NCBI RefSeq assembly: GCF_017876815.1
Contig: NZ_JAGIOS010000001.1
Span: 930,001-962,000, forward strand
DNA: 32,000 nucleotides
Direction: 5' to 3'
Origin: Sinorhizobium meliloti
GTDB lineage: Bacteria; Pseudomonadota; Alphaproteobacteria; Rhizobiales; Rhizobiaceae
The notes beneath the pieces were generated by a model. It was given only the letters and a program-made list of their open reading frames with translations, searched no databases and was not told where the DNA came from. The position numbers and the translations under genes are program-made. This document shows, one piece after another, positions 17,037 through 25,185 of this stretch; within the stretch, counting starts at the first letter, position 1, and every line of letters begins with the position of its first letter.

Positions 17037-17063
17037 GACGAATGGCGCTATTGATAGCCGACA
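17037..17063 (-). promoter_or_regulatory. Candidate ECF-sigma-dependent promoter P1, upstream of the YCII-sigma pair (putative autoregulation)
   Basis: The minus strand reads GCT-TGTCGGC-tatcaatagcgcca-TTCGTC-TT: TGTCGG (17063-17058), a 17-nt spacer, then CGTC (17040-17037). It lies 24 nt upstream of ATG 17012 and just downstream of the dnaA terminator. Confidence 0.55.
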
Positions 17064-17087
17064 AGCGGGGCGAAAAAAACGCTCAAC

Positions 17088-17109
17088 AAAAAAGCCCGGC
17101 GGACCGGGC
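17088..17109 (-). terminator. Rho-independent terminator of dnaA
   Basis: The minus strand reads GCCCGG-tccg-CCGGGC followed by TTTTTTG. It begins 26 nt after the dnaA stop codon. Confidence 0.7.
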
Positions 17110-17135
17110 TTTCGTAACGTCGGGCTTTCCTGCCT

Positions 17136-18659
17136 CTATTCGTTGATCAGTCGCTTCAAAAGCTCGATCTCGTGGCTGAGCTTGGTGTCGGCAGAAATCA
17201 GTTCCTCGATCTTGCGCACAGCATGGAGCACGGTCGTGTGGTCGCGCCCGCCGAAGCGGCGGCCGATCTCGGGGAAGGAGCGCGGGGTCAGTGTCTTCGA
17301 CAGATACATGGCGATCTGGCGCGGCTTGACGATGACGCGGGTGCGGCGGTTGGAGACCAGCTCCTGACGCGAGACATTGTAATGCTTGGCGACGACGCGC
17401 TGGATATCTTCGATGCGGACGCGGCGCGGTTCCCCGGCATTGACGAGATGGCCGAGCAGTTCGTCGACCCGCTCGATCGAAAGCTGCGGCTCGAAGGAGC
17501 GGCGGAAGAGAAGCTGATTGAAGGCGCCCTCGAGTTCGCGGCCGCTGGCTGTCACGTTGCGGGCGACATGGCTCAGTATCTCGAGCGGAATCTCGAGCGA
17601 GGCATCGTCCTGGCGCGCCGCTTCGAGACGACGCTTCAGCATTTCCAGGCGCATCTCGTAGTCCGGCCCTTCCATCTCGATCGCCACGCCGCCTTGCAGG
17701 CGCGAGCGAACACGGCTGTCGAGCGATTCCAGCTCCCAGGGTGCACGGTCCGCGGCGACGACCACCTGCTTGGCGGAGTCGAGCAGCATGTTCAACAGAT
17801 GGCAGAACTCGTGCTGGATCGACTTGCCCTGCAGGAACTGCATGTCGTCGATAATGAGAAGGTCGATGTTGCGAAGCGATTCCTTCAGCGACAGCGCGTC
17901 ATTGTCGCGGATCGCCGTTGCGAAACGCCACATGAAATATTCGGCCGTCAGATAGACGACGCGTGGCGCGCGCGCACTCTGGAGGGCCGCGAGAGCGATC
18001 GCCTGCAGAAGATGCGTCTTGCCGAGACCAACGCTCGAATGGATGAAAAGCGGATTGAAGCGCACGGCGCCGGCGCCGGCCTCGGCAATCGTACGCGCTG
18101 CCGCGAGCGCGACCCGGTTCGACGAGCCCTCTACGAAACTATCGAAACCGTAGCGCTGATCGAGCGGCGAGCCGAAAAGCGGCGCCTGGACGGGTCTCGC
18201 CGGAGCTGCCGCAACCGCAGCGGCGGCAATTGCCACGGTGGGGGCCGCCGAACGGCGGGAGGGAGGGACGACCGCCGCTTCGGCAGCCGCGGCAACGCTC
18301 TCTTCAGGAGCCGTCGGGCGATGACCGCGGGTCGCGGTGCGCACGAGGATCTCCACCTTCAGTATCTCGCTGTCCTCCTGCTGGACGAGCGTGGTGATCA
18401 GATCGAGATAGCGATTATTGATCCAGGACTTCAGAAAAGTCGTCGGGACCGAGAGGCGCACGACGCTTTTCGACACTGAATGGAGCTTGAGGCGTCCAAA
18501 CCAACTTGCGAAGACATCCGGACCGACCTGGGCTTTCAAGCGCGCACTTACCCGCTCAAACAGTGCGTCATGCCGCATGTCGTGTTTTTCCCCCGCCGCC
18601 TGAGACTGATTGCTTCCGGCCTGAAAACCTCCAGGTGCCGTCGCCAAATTCATCCGCAT
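17136..18659 (-). CDS. dnaA: Chromosomal replication initiator protein DnaA
   Basis: Domain I is [26 protein letters not shown]. The AAA+ Walker A is [11 protein letters not shown], and Walker B is [11 protein letters not shown]. The domain IV DNA-binding signature is [37 protein letters not shown]. The start is ambiguous: the maximal ORF begins at 18749, ATG 18659 has the best SD (GGAAGG, N7), and ATG 18578 gives the shortest conserved N-terminus. Confidence 0.95.
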   Translation of the reverse strand: MRMNLATAPGGFQAGSNQSQAAGEKHDMRHDALFERVSARLKAQVGPDVFASWFGRLKLHSVSKSVVRLSVPTTFLKSWINNRYLDLITTLVQQEDSEILKVEILVRTATRGHRPTAPEESVAAAAEAAVVPPSRRSAAPTVAIAAAAVAAAPARPVQAPLFGSPLDQRYGFDSFVEGSSNRVALAAARTIAEAGAGAVRFNPLFIHSSVGLGKTHLLQAIALAALQSARAPRVVYLTAEYFMWRFATAIRDNDALSLKESLRNIDLLIIDDMQFLQGKSIQHEFCHLLNMLLDSAKQVVVAADRAPWELESLDSRVRSRLQGGVAIEMEGPDYEMRLEMLKRRLEAARQDDASLEIPLEILSHVARNVTASGRELEGAFNQLLFRRSFEPQLSIERVDELLGHLVNAGEPRRVRIEDIQRVVAKHYNVSRQELVSNRRTRVIVKPRQIAMYLSKTLTPRSFPEIGRRFGGRDHTTVLHAVRKIEELISADTKLSHEIELLKRLINE

Positions 18660-19189
18660 CTTGCCGCCTTCCAATTTCATTATTCCGATGCCGTCATTTC
18701 TGGCGGCCTCATCTTTTATGCCCGCCCGCCACGGCCGCTCGAAAGCCATGCCGCGTCAGCCGGACGCTCTGATACGCACCGAACCGGGCTCCTCATATCC
18801 CGCCACGGCACGCTGCGCTCATTCGCTTGCCTTCGCCTCAAGCAAATGTCCCCTCGCACTTCGCCTTACCGATTCTGCACGGCTCTTTTCAAGCCGACCG
18901 GAACCGTTTTTCCTCGTTGCCGGCTGACCGCACCCTCGTACGTAGCGGACAGCCCGAGCCTCCTTCTTCCTGCTCCAACGCATTCACAAGGCTAAGCCCT
19001 GCCGGCAACCACAAGACGAAACGTCCTCGCTCCGGTGCGAAGGCTCGCCCGGTTTTATCGTCTCGACTTGTTTGATTGATCGACGTGGAATTAACCCCGC
19101 CACAGGCGACGGAAAGCCCAAAGTCACCCCGATTGGAATGACCCTTAAACTTCCTCGTACAGATGTAATCTGTGTCCCCTGTGGAAGGC

Positions 19190-19218
19190 ATTTAGGCAGG
19201 ATCGCCCGGCAAGATCAA
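19190..19218 (-). promoter_or_regulatory. Candidate sigma-70-type promoter in the rpsT-dnaA spacer (would give a leader longer than 500 nt)
   Basis: The minus strand reads TTGATC (19218-19213), a 17-nt spacer, then CTAAAT (19195-19190). This is a motif match only. Confidence 0.2.
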
Positions 19219-19528
19219 TCGCGTTTTTTACCCGCCCGTAAGCGTCGACAGTTGACTCTCGTGCCGGGTTTTGCATCCCGCTCCCCGAGTCCGGCGAGAA
19301 TCCCTGTTGAATCAAGGGTTTTGTTTTTTGCGTTCTTGCTTAGCTGGCGAAAAAGAAAAAAAATAAAAAATGGCTTGACTCACTTCGGACTCAATCCGCC
19401 CGCCCCGCCAGACCACATTTTTGCCGCAACCTCTCATAAGCTATTGAAAAGCTTAGAATTTTTTTGTCACGGGATTGACACGAGCGTGGCAAGGTCAATC
19501 GCGCAGGCCGTTGGCGGCGGCACGAATC

Positions 19529-19554
19529 GGAAAAGCCCGGCGAAAACGCCGGGC
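19529..19554 (-). terminator. Rho-independent terminator of rpsT
   Basis: The minus strand reads GCCCGGCG-tttt-CGCCGGGC followed by TTTTCC. It begins 31 nt after the rpsT stop codon. Confidence 0.75.
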
Positions 19555-19584
19555 ACTTCATCAACAGCTTTTTTCTTAGCCGGG

Positions 19585-19851
19585 TTAGGCCGAAAGGCTC
19601 TTCACGCGCTGCGCCAGTCGCGAGACCTTACGCGATGCCGTGTTGGAATGCATTACGCCCTTCGTGGCGGCGCGCATCAGCTCCGGCTGTGCCGCCTTCA
19701 GGGCGGCGGCTGCGAGTGCCTGATCGCCGGAAGCGATCGCCTCTTCGACCTTGCGGACGAAGCTGCGGATGCGCGAACGACGGGCCTTGTTCACTGCGGT
19801 ACGGCGTGCGATCTTGCGGGTCGCCTTTTTCGCCGAAGTTGTATTGGCCAT
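19585..19851 (-). CDS. rpsT: 30S ribosomal protein S20
   Basis: Lies in ORF 19585..19917. From ATG 19851 it reads [39 protein letters not shown]..., which is canonical S20 (88 aa). Confidence 0.95.
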   Translation of the reverse strand: MANTTSAKKATRKIARRTAVNKARRSRIRSFVRKVEEAIASGDQALAAAALKAAQPELMRAATKGVMHSNTASRKVSRLAQRVKSLSA

Positions 19852-20042
19852 TGATGCCTCTCTTCGAAAACTGACATGGACTCCGCCTCGCCGTGCCGGG
19901 TCACTGCGACCTGTCATACAAGCAATTCGGGAGTATTATCGGAAAGCCTCGAACGAGGGCGTTCCAAACTGAGGGCGGCGTATAAAGGGAAACCGCCCGC
20001 ACGTCAACGCGCAATTTGAGAAAACCGAGTCCTGTCCATGGC

Positions 20043-20816
20043 TCATCTGTGTTTGAATTCGGCTTTGCGCTTGGCGACGAAGGCGGCCATGCCCTCTTTC
20101 TGGTCCTCCGTTGCGAAAAGCGACTGGAAGAGCCGCCGCTCGAAGCGCAGGCCCTCGGCGAGCGTCAGTTCCAGAGAGCGGTTGACGGCCTCCTTGGCTA
20201 TCATCGCCGCCGGCAGCGAGAATGACGCGATCTTCTCCGCGGCGCCGAGCGCCTCCTCCAGGAGCCTGTCCGGAGCCACCACGCGCGAAACCAGCCCGGA
20301 GCGCTCCGCCTCCGCCGCGTCCATCATGCGGCCGGTGAGAATGAGGTCCATGGCCTTCGCCTTGCCGACTGCGCGGGTCAGGCGCTGCGATCCACCCATG
20401 CCGGGAATGACGCCAAGCGTAATCTCCGGCTGGCCGAACTTCGCCGTTTCGGAGGCGATGATGAAGTCGCACATCATGGCGAGCTCGCAGCCACCGCCGA
20501 GCGCGAAACCGGATACGGCGGCGATCATCGGTTTGCGGGCGTTCGCGACATGCTCCCAGCCGCCAAGGAAATCGGCGAGGTAACCGTCGACGAAATCGAG
20601 CCCCTGCATCTCCTTGATGTCGGCGCCGGCGGCAAAGGCCTTCTCGGAGCCGGCAAGGACGATGGCGCCGACGGCCCTGTCGGCGTCGAAGGCCTTCAGC
20701 GCGGCATCGAGCTCGCGCATCAGCACCGCATTCAGCGCATTGAGCGCCTGCGGACGGTTGAGCGTGATCAGGCCCACGCGGCCCTGCGTTTCGACCAGCA
20801 ACGTCTCGTAACTCAT
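20043..20816 (-). CDS. Enoyl-CoA hydratase (crotonase family, short-chain mitochondrial-like)
   Basis: [16 protein letters not shown]...[15 protein letters not shown]...[24 protein letters not shown]...[21 protein letters not shown] are the canonical crotonase motifs. It corresponds by position to the gene I recall being called fadB1 in the S. meliloti dnaA region. Confidence 0.9.
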   Translation of the reverse strand: MSYETLLVETQGRVGLITLNRPQALNALNAVLMRELDAALKAFDADRAVGAIVLAGSEKAFAAGADIKEMQGLDFVDGYLADFLGGWEHVANARKPMIAAVSGFALGGGCELAMMCDFIIASETAKFGQPEITLGVIPGMGGSQRLTRAVGKAKAMDLILTGRMMDAAEAERSGLVSRVVAPDRLLEEALGAAEKIASFSLPAAMIAKEAVNRSLELTLAEGLRFERRLFQSLFATEDQKEGMAAFVAKRKAEFKHR

Positions 20817-20873
20817 TCCCCATCTCCTTCACGCGTTGTCGGAAGATTGAAGAGCGGAATGTGCCATGCCGCC

Positions 20874-21779
20874 CTATTTCTGGCAGTGCGGACAGTAAAA
20901 AGTCGAACGTCCCGCCTGTACTATGCGGGCGACCGTACCGTGGCAGCCGGGCGTGCGGCAAGCCTCGCCTTCCCTGTCATAGACGGAGAAGCTGTGCTGG
21001 AAATAGCCGAGACTGCCGTCCGCCTGAATGTGATCCTTGAGCGAGGAGCCGCCGGCGGCGATCGCATCGGCAATCACGGCGCGGATCCTTTCCGTCAGCG
21101 CGATCAGCGCCTGTTTCGGGCGGCCCCGCTTGTCGACGAGCGTGCCTGCCGACCTTTTCGGCGAGAGGCCCGAGCGCCACAGCGCCTCGCAAACATAGAT
21201 ATTTCCGAGCCCCGCGATCGTCCTCTGGTCGAGAAGAGCGGCTTTCAGCGGCTGGATCTTGCCGGCGAAACGGGTGGCGAGATAGGCGGCATCGAGGGCA
21301 TTGCCGGTCGGCTCCTCGCCGAGGCCGCGGAGGAAGACGTGGTCGGCGAGCGCAGAGCGCCGTGCCAGATCCATGAAACCGAAGCGACGCGGATCGTTAT
21401 AGATCACCCGTGCCGGCCCGGAGCCGCCATCGAGATGGAAGACGACATGATCGTGCTTCTCGTCCTTGCCGCGCGGGTGGTGGAAAGCGCCGGGCGTGGC
21501 CGGATCCGCACCAGCCTCTATCGGGCCCTTCTCGATCCGGAACGAGCCGGACATGCCGAGATGGGCGATGATGACGTCGCCGCCCTCGAGCTCGATCATC
21601 AGATATTTGGCGCGCCGCGAGAGGGCGATGATCCGGCGGCCCGCGACCGCGTTCGCGAAATTCTCGGGGAACGGAAAGCGCAGATCCGGCCGGCGCAACT
21701 CCGCCCGCACCAGAAGCGCACCCTCCATCGTCGGCGCCAGTCCGCGCTTGACCGTTTCCACCTCGGGCAATTCCGGCAT
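20874..21779 (-). CDS. mutM: Formamidopyrimidine-DNA glycosylase
   Basis: It has the N-terminal [14 protein letters not shown] catalytic motif, the H2TH region ([20 protein letters not shown]) and a C-terminal zinc finger (CRTPGCHG...STFYCPHCQ). Confidence 0.95.
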   Translation of the reverse strand: MPELPEVETVKRGLAPTMEGALLVRAELRRPDLRFPFPENFANAVAGRRIIALSRRAKYLMIELEGGDVIIAHLGMSGSFRIEKGPIEAGADPATPGAFHHPRGKDEKHDHVVFHLDGGSGPARVIYNDPRRFGFMDLARRSALADHVFLRGLGEEPTGNALDAAYLATRFAGKIQPLKAALLDQRTIAGLGNIYVCEALWRSGLSPKRSAGTLVDKRGRPKQALIALTERIRAVIADAIAAGGSSLKDHIQADGSLGYFQHSFSVYDREGEACRTPGCHGTVARIVQAGRSTFYCPHCQK

Positions 21780-21960
21780 CGGCCGTGTTCCTTCATCCTT
21801 TATTCATCGCACCCGCCCGCGTGAGCGGCACGCCATTCCCATGACGCCGCCGATAGCCTATATCCCGCTCCATCCGGCAGCCGGTCGCCTCTCGCTCAGA
21901 TAGCGTGCACGGAGCGATTTCGCTATGGTGCCGGCAAAATTCGTTGAAGTGGAGTTTCGT

Positions 21961-22737
21961 ATGGCGGATGAGCGCGTATCGGCGAGGGGCGGAATGGAGA
22001 CCTCATTCGGTTTCCGCGAAGTCGGCACGGGCGAGAAGCAGCCGCTCGTCAACGACGTCTTCCACAAGGTCGCCAAACGCTACGACATCATGAACGACGT
22101 GATGTCGGCCGGGCTGCACCGGGTCTGGAAGGATGCGATGATCGCGGCGCTCAACCCGCCGGGCCGCGAGGACTATCGGGTTCTCGACGTCGCCGGCGGC
22201 ACCGGTGACATCGCCTTCCGCATCGTCGAGCGCTCCGGGCGCAAGGCCCATGCGACCGTGCTCGACATCAACGGCTCGATGCTCTCGGTCGGCGCCGAGC
22301 GCGCCCGCAAGAAGGGGATCGAAGCCAATCTCGACTTCGTCGAGGCCAACGCCGAAGACCTGCCCTTCGCGGCGAATTCCTTCGACGCCTACACGATCGC
22401 CTTCGGCATCCGCAACGTGCCGCGCATAGAGGTCGCGCTCAAGGAGGCCTACCGCGTGCTGAAGCGCGGCGGCCGGCTGCTCGTGCTCGAATTCTCCGAA
22501 GTGGAAATGCCGCTGCTCGACCGCTTCTACGATGCCTGGTCCTTCAATGCGATTCCGAAATTCGGAAAGCTCATCACCGGCGACGATGCGCCCTACCAGT
22601 ATCTGGTGGAATCGATCCGCAAGTTTCCGAACCAGCGTGATTTCGCCGCCATGATCCGCGATGCCGGCTTCGCGCGCGTCTCCTTCACCAATTATACCGG
22701 CGGCATCGCAGCGCTGCATTCCGGCTGGAAAATCTGA
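21961..22737 (+). CDS. ubiE: Ubiquinone/menaquinone biosynthesis C-methyltransferase UbiE
   Basis: Lies in ORF 21925..22737. From ATG 21961 (GGAG six nucleotides upstream) it has FGFREV...[25 protein letters not shown] and the SAM motif [10 protein letters not shown], then [10 protein letters not shown]...[12 protein letters not shown]. Confidence 0.93.
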   Translation: MADERVSARGGMETSFGFREVGTGEKQPLVNDVFHKVAKRYDIMNDVMSAGLHRVWKDAMIAALNPPGREDYRVLDVAGGTGDIAFRIVERSGRKAHATVLDINGSMLSVGAERARKKGIEANLDFVEANAEDLPFAANSFDAYTIAFGIRNVPRIEVALKEAYRVLKRGGRLLVLEFSEVEMPLLDRFYDAWSFNAIPKFGKLITGDDAPYQYLVESIRKFPNQRDFAAMIRDAGFARVSFTNYTGGIAALHSGWKI

Positions 22738-22741
22738 GCGC

Positions 22742-24316
22742 ATGAGCACTCCCGGAGCATATTTCCGTCTCATACGGATCGGCTGGGTCCTTGCGCGCGA
22801 GAATGCGTTTGCGGCAGTCCCCTCCGAACACCTGCCCCCGCTCGCACGCTTCGTCCAGAAGCTCGCCGGCCTGCTTGCCAGCCGCGAGGCCCGGCTCGGT
22901 GCGCGCAGCGGCCGCCTCGCCCGGGCGGTGGAACGGCTCGGCCCTTCCTATGTCAAGATCGGCCAGTTTCTGGCGACGCGCCCGGACGTGGTCGGCGCCG
23001 AACTTGCCGCCGACCTGTCGCTGCTCCAGGACCGCATGGCCACCTTTCCGGAGAGCGCATCCAGGGCGGCGATAGAGGCGTCTCTCGGGCGCCCCGTCGG
23101 TGAGCTCTTCCTCGAATTCTCCGAACCGATCGCAGCCGCATCGATCGCCCAGGTCCATCCCGCCGTGGTCATGCGCGACGGCACGCGCGAAAGGGTGGCC
23201 GTCAAGGTCATCCGCCCGGGGGTGCGCCAGCGCTTCGTGGCCGACATCGAGGCCATGTACCTGGTCTCGCGCATGCAGGAGCGATTCCTGCCCTATACGC
23301 GCCGCCTGAGGCCGGTCGAAGTGACGAAGACGCTGGAGCAGACGACCAAGGTCGAAATGGACCTGAGGCTCGAGGCCGCGGCGCTTTCCGAACTTGGCGA
23401 GAACACCAGGGAGGATTCCGGGTTTCGCGTGCCCAGGGTCGATTGGGAGCGCACCGGCCGCGACGTCGTGACGATGGAATGGATCGACGGCATCAAGATG
23501 TCGGACATCGAAGGGCTGAAACGGGCCGGCCATGACCTGAACCGCCTGGCCGAAACGCTGATCCAGTCCTTTCTGCGCCACACGCTCCGGGACGGCTTCT
23601 TCCATGCGGACATGCACCAGGGCAACCTGTTCGTCGACGAGGCAGGCCATATCGTCGCCGTCGACATGGGCATCGTCGGCCGCCTCGGCCGGAAGGAACG
23701 CCGCTTCCTGGCCGAGATCCTCTACGGCTTCATCATGCGCGACTATCAGCGCGTCGCGGACGTGCATTTCGAGGCCGGCTACGTTCCCTCGCACCACGAC
23801 GCCGCAAGCTTCGCCCAGGCGATCCGTGCCATCGGCGAGCCGATCCACGGCCAGCCGGCCGAGACGATCTCGATGGCGAAACTGCTGACGCTTCTGTTCG
23901 AGGTCACCGAACTTTTCGACATGCAGACGCGTCCCGAACTGGTGATGCTGCAGAAGACGATGGTCGTCGTCGAGGGCGTCGCCCGAACGCTCAATCCGCG
24001 CTTCAACATGTGGAAGGCGTCCGAACCGGTGGTCGGCAAGTGGATAAGGGACAATCTCGGGCCGAAACGCATCGTCGCCGATCTGCGCGACGGCATTCAT
24101 GCGGCGCTCCGGGTTGCCGAAGCGCTGCCCGAGATTGCGGCGCGGACGGAACGCTTCTCCGGGGAAATCATGGCGATGAGCGAGAACGGCCTGCGCTTCG
24201 ATCCGGAGACCGCGGAAGCGATCGGCAGGTCCGAGGCGCGCCATACGCGCTCGGGCCGTATCGCACTATGGGTTATCGCGGCGGCGCTCGTCTACATCGC
24301 CTGGCAGCTTGCGTGA
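22742..24316 (+). CDS. ubiB: Ubiquinone biosynthesis regulatory protein kinase UbiB (ABC1/ADCK family)
   Basis: Lies in ORF 22661..24316. From ATG 22742 it has LGPSYVKIGQFLATRPD, PIAAASIAQVH.A, VAVKVIRPG and FHADMHQGNLFVD, which are ABC1-kinase motifs. A C-terminal TM segment follows. The start lies 4 nt after the ubiE stop. Confidence 0.92.
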   Translation: MSTPGAYFRLIRIGWVLARENAFAAVPSEHLPPLARFVQKLAGLLASREARLGARSGRLARAVERLGPSYVKIGQFLATRPDVVGAELAADLSLLQDRMATFPESASRAAIEASLGRPVGELFLEFSEPIAAASIAQVHPAVVMRDGTRERVAVKVIRPGVRQRFVADIEAMYLVSRMQERFLPYTRRLRPVEVTKTLEQTTKVEMDLRLEAAALSELGENTREDSGFRVPRVDWERTGRDVVTMEWIDGIKMSDIEGLKRAGHDLNRLAETLIQSFLRHTLRDGFFHADMHQGNLFVDEAGHIVAVDMGIVGRLGRKERRFLAEILYGFIMRDYQRVADVHFEAGYVPSHHDAASFAQAIRAIGEPIHGQPAETISMAKLLTLLFEVTELFDMQTRPELVMLQKTMVVVEGVARTLNPRFNMWKASEPVVGKWIRDNLGPKRIVADLRDGIHAALRVAEALPEIAARTERFSGEIMAMSENGLRFDPETAEAIGRSEARHTRSGRIALWVIAAALVYIAWQLA

Positions 24317-24403
24317 GCGGAGCGGCGGGCCTCCTTGCCAGCCTGCCGGAGAGAAGTGCCCGGCAGCCAAGAGGCGCCAACGATCAAAGCAGGAGGAAGG
24401 AAT

Positions 24404-25183
24404 ATGGATCTCGGCATTAGCGGCAAAAGGGCGCTCGTTCTCGGCGGCAGCAAGGGGCTCGGGCGCGGTATCGCCGAAGCGCTCGCGGCGGAAGGCGTTG
24501 CGGTCGCGCTGACCGGCCGGAACGAAGAAACCGCAGCCAAGGCCGCAGCGGAAATCGGCCCGGACGCTGCCGGCTTTTCGCTCGACCTTGCAAAGCCTGA
24601 AATCGTCGACCCCTTCCTCGATCGGCTCTCCTCCGCATTCGGACAGGTCGATATTCTGGTACTGAACGGTGGCGGTCCGCCGCCGACGAATGCTGCCGAC
24701 ATCGATCCCGGCTTCTGGCGGGCTCAGTTCGAGGCGATGGTGCTTTCCGGCATGCGCATCGCCCACCGCCTGCTGCCGTCCATGCGGGAGCGCCGCTTCG
24801 GCCGCATCGTCGCCGTCGCCTCCACCAGCATCCGCGAGCCGATCCCCGGCCTGACGGCGTCCAATGCGCTGCGCAGCGCGCTTGCCGGCTGGATGAAGAC
24901 ACTCGCCCGCGAGGTGGCAGCCGACGGCGTGACCGTCAACATGCTCCTGCCCGGCAGGCTCGCAACGGACCGGACGCTGGGCTTCGATCGCATGGATGCA
25001 GAGGCCGAAGGCGTCAGCGTCGAAACCGTTGCAGCGCGCAGCCAGTCGGAAATTCCGGTCGGGCGCTACGGGACGCCGGCCGAGTTCGGTGCTGCCGCAG
25101 CCTTTCTCGCAAGCCGGCAGGCCGCTTACATCACCGGGATTGCGCTGCCTGTCGACGGCGGGCTCAGCCGTTCGATGCTCTGA
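24404..25183 (+). CDS. SDR-family (short-chain dehydrogenase/reductase fold) protein, atypical active site
   Basis: Lies in ORF 24335..25183. From ATG 24404 (AGGAGGAAGG ribosome-binding site) it has the Rossmann motif ALVLGGSKGLGRG, NGGG, and IPVGRYGTPAEFG...YITG. The position normally holding YxxxK reads S-NAL-R (LTASNALRSALAGW). Confidence 0.8.
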   Translation: MDLGISGKRALVLGGSKGLGRGIAEALAAEGVAVALTGRNEETAAKAAAEIGPDAAGFSLDLAKPEIVDPFLDRLSSAFGQVDILVLNGGGPPPTNAADIDPGFWRAQFEAMVLSGMRIAHRLLPSMRERRFGRIVAVASTSIREPIPGLTASNALRSALAGWMKTLAREVAADGVTVNMLLPGRLATDRTLGFDRMDAEAEGVSVETVAARSQSEIPVGRYGTPAEFGAAAAFLASRQAAYITGIALPVDGGLSRSML

Positions 25184-25185
25184 CC

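Noticed and set aside
18889-19191. A 100-aa ORF (minus strand) and the 82-88-aa plus-strand ORFs inside the rpsT-dnaA spacer, as hidden small genes
   Set aside because: They have no ribosome-binding sites, their amino-acid composition is odd, and they overlap one another in different frames. They may still be worth a Ribo-seq look, but the sequence alone gives no support.
18750-19584. A chromosomal replication origin (oriC) next to dnaA
   Set aside because: I found no cluster of DnaA boxes. The best local match is TGTGGAAGG at about 19181, which is 6 of 9. I saw no TTAA-N7-TTAA CtrA boxes in this spacer. In the alphaproteobacteria I know (Caulobacter, S. meliloti), the origin lies near hemE, not near dnaA. 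The AT-rich tract is better explained as a promoter or regulatory region.
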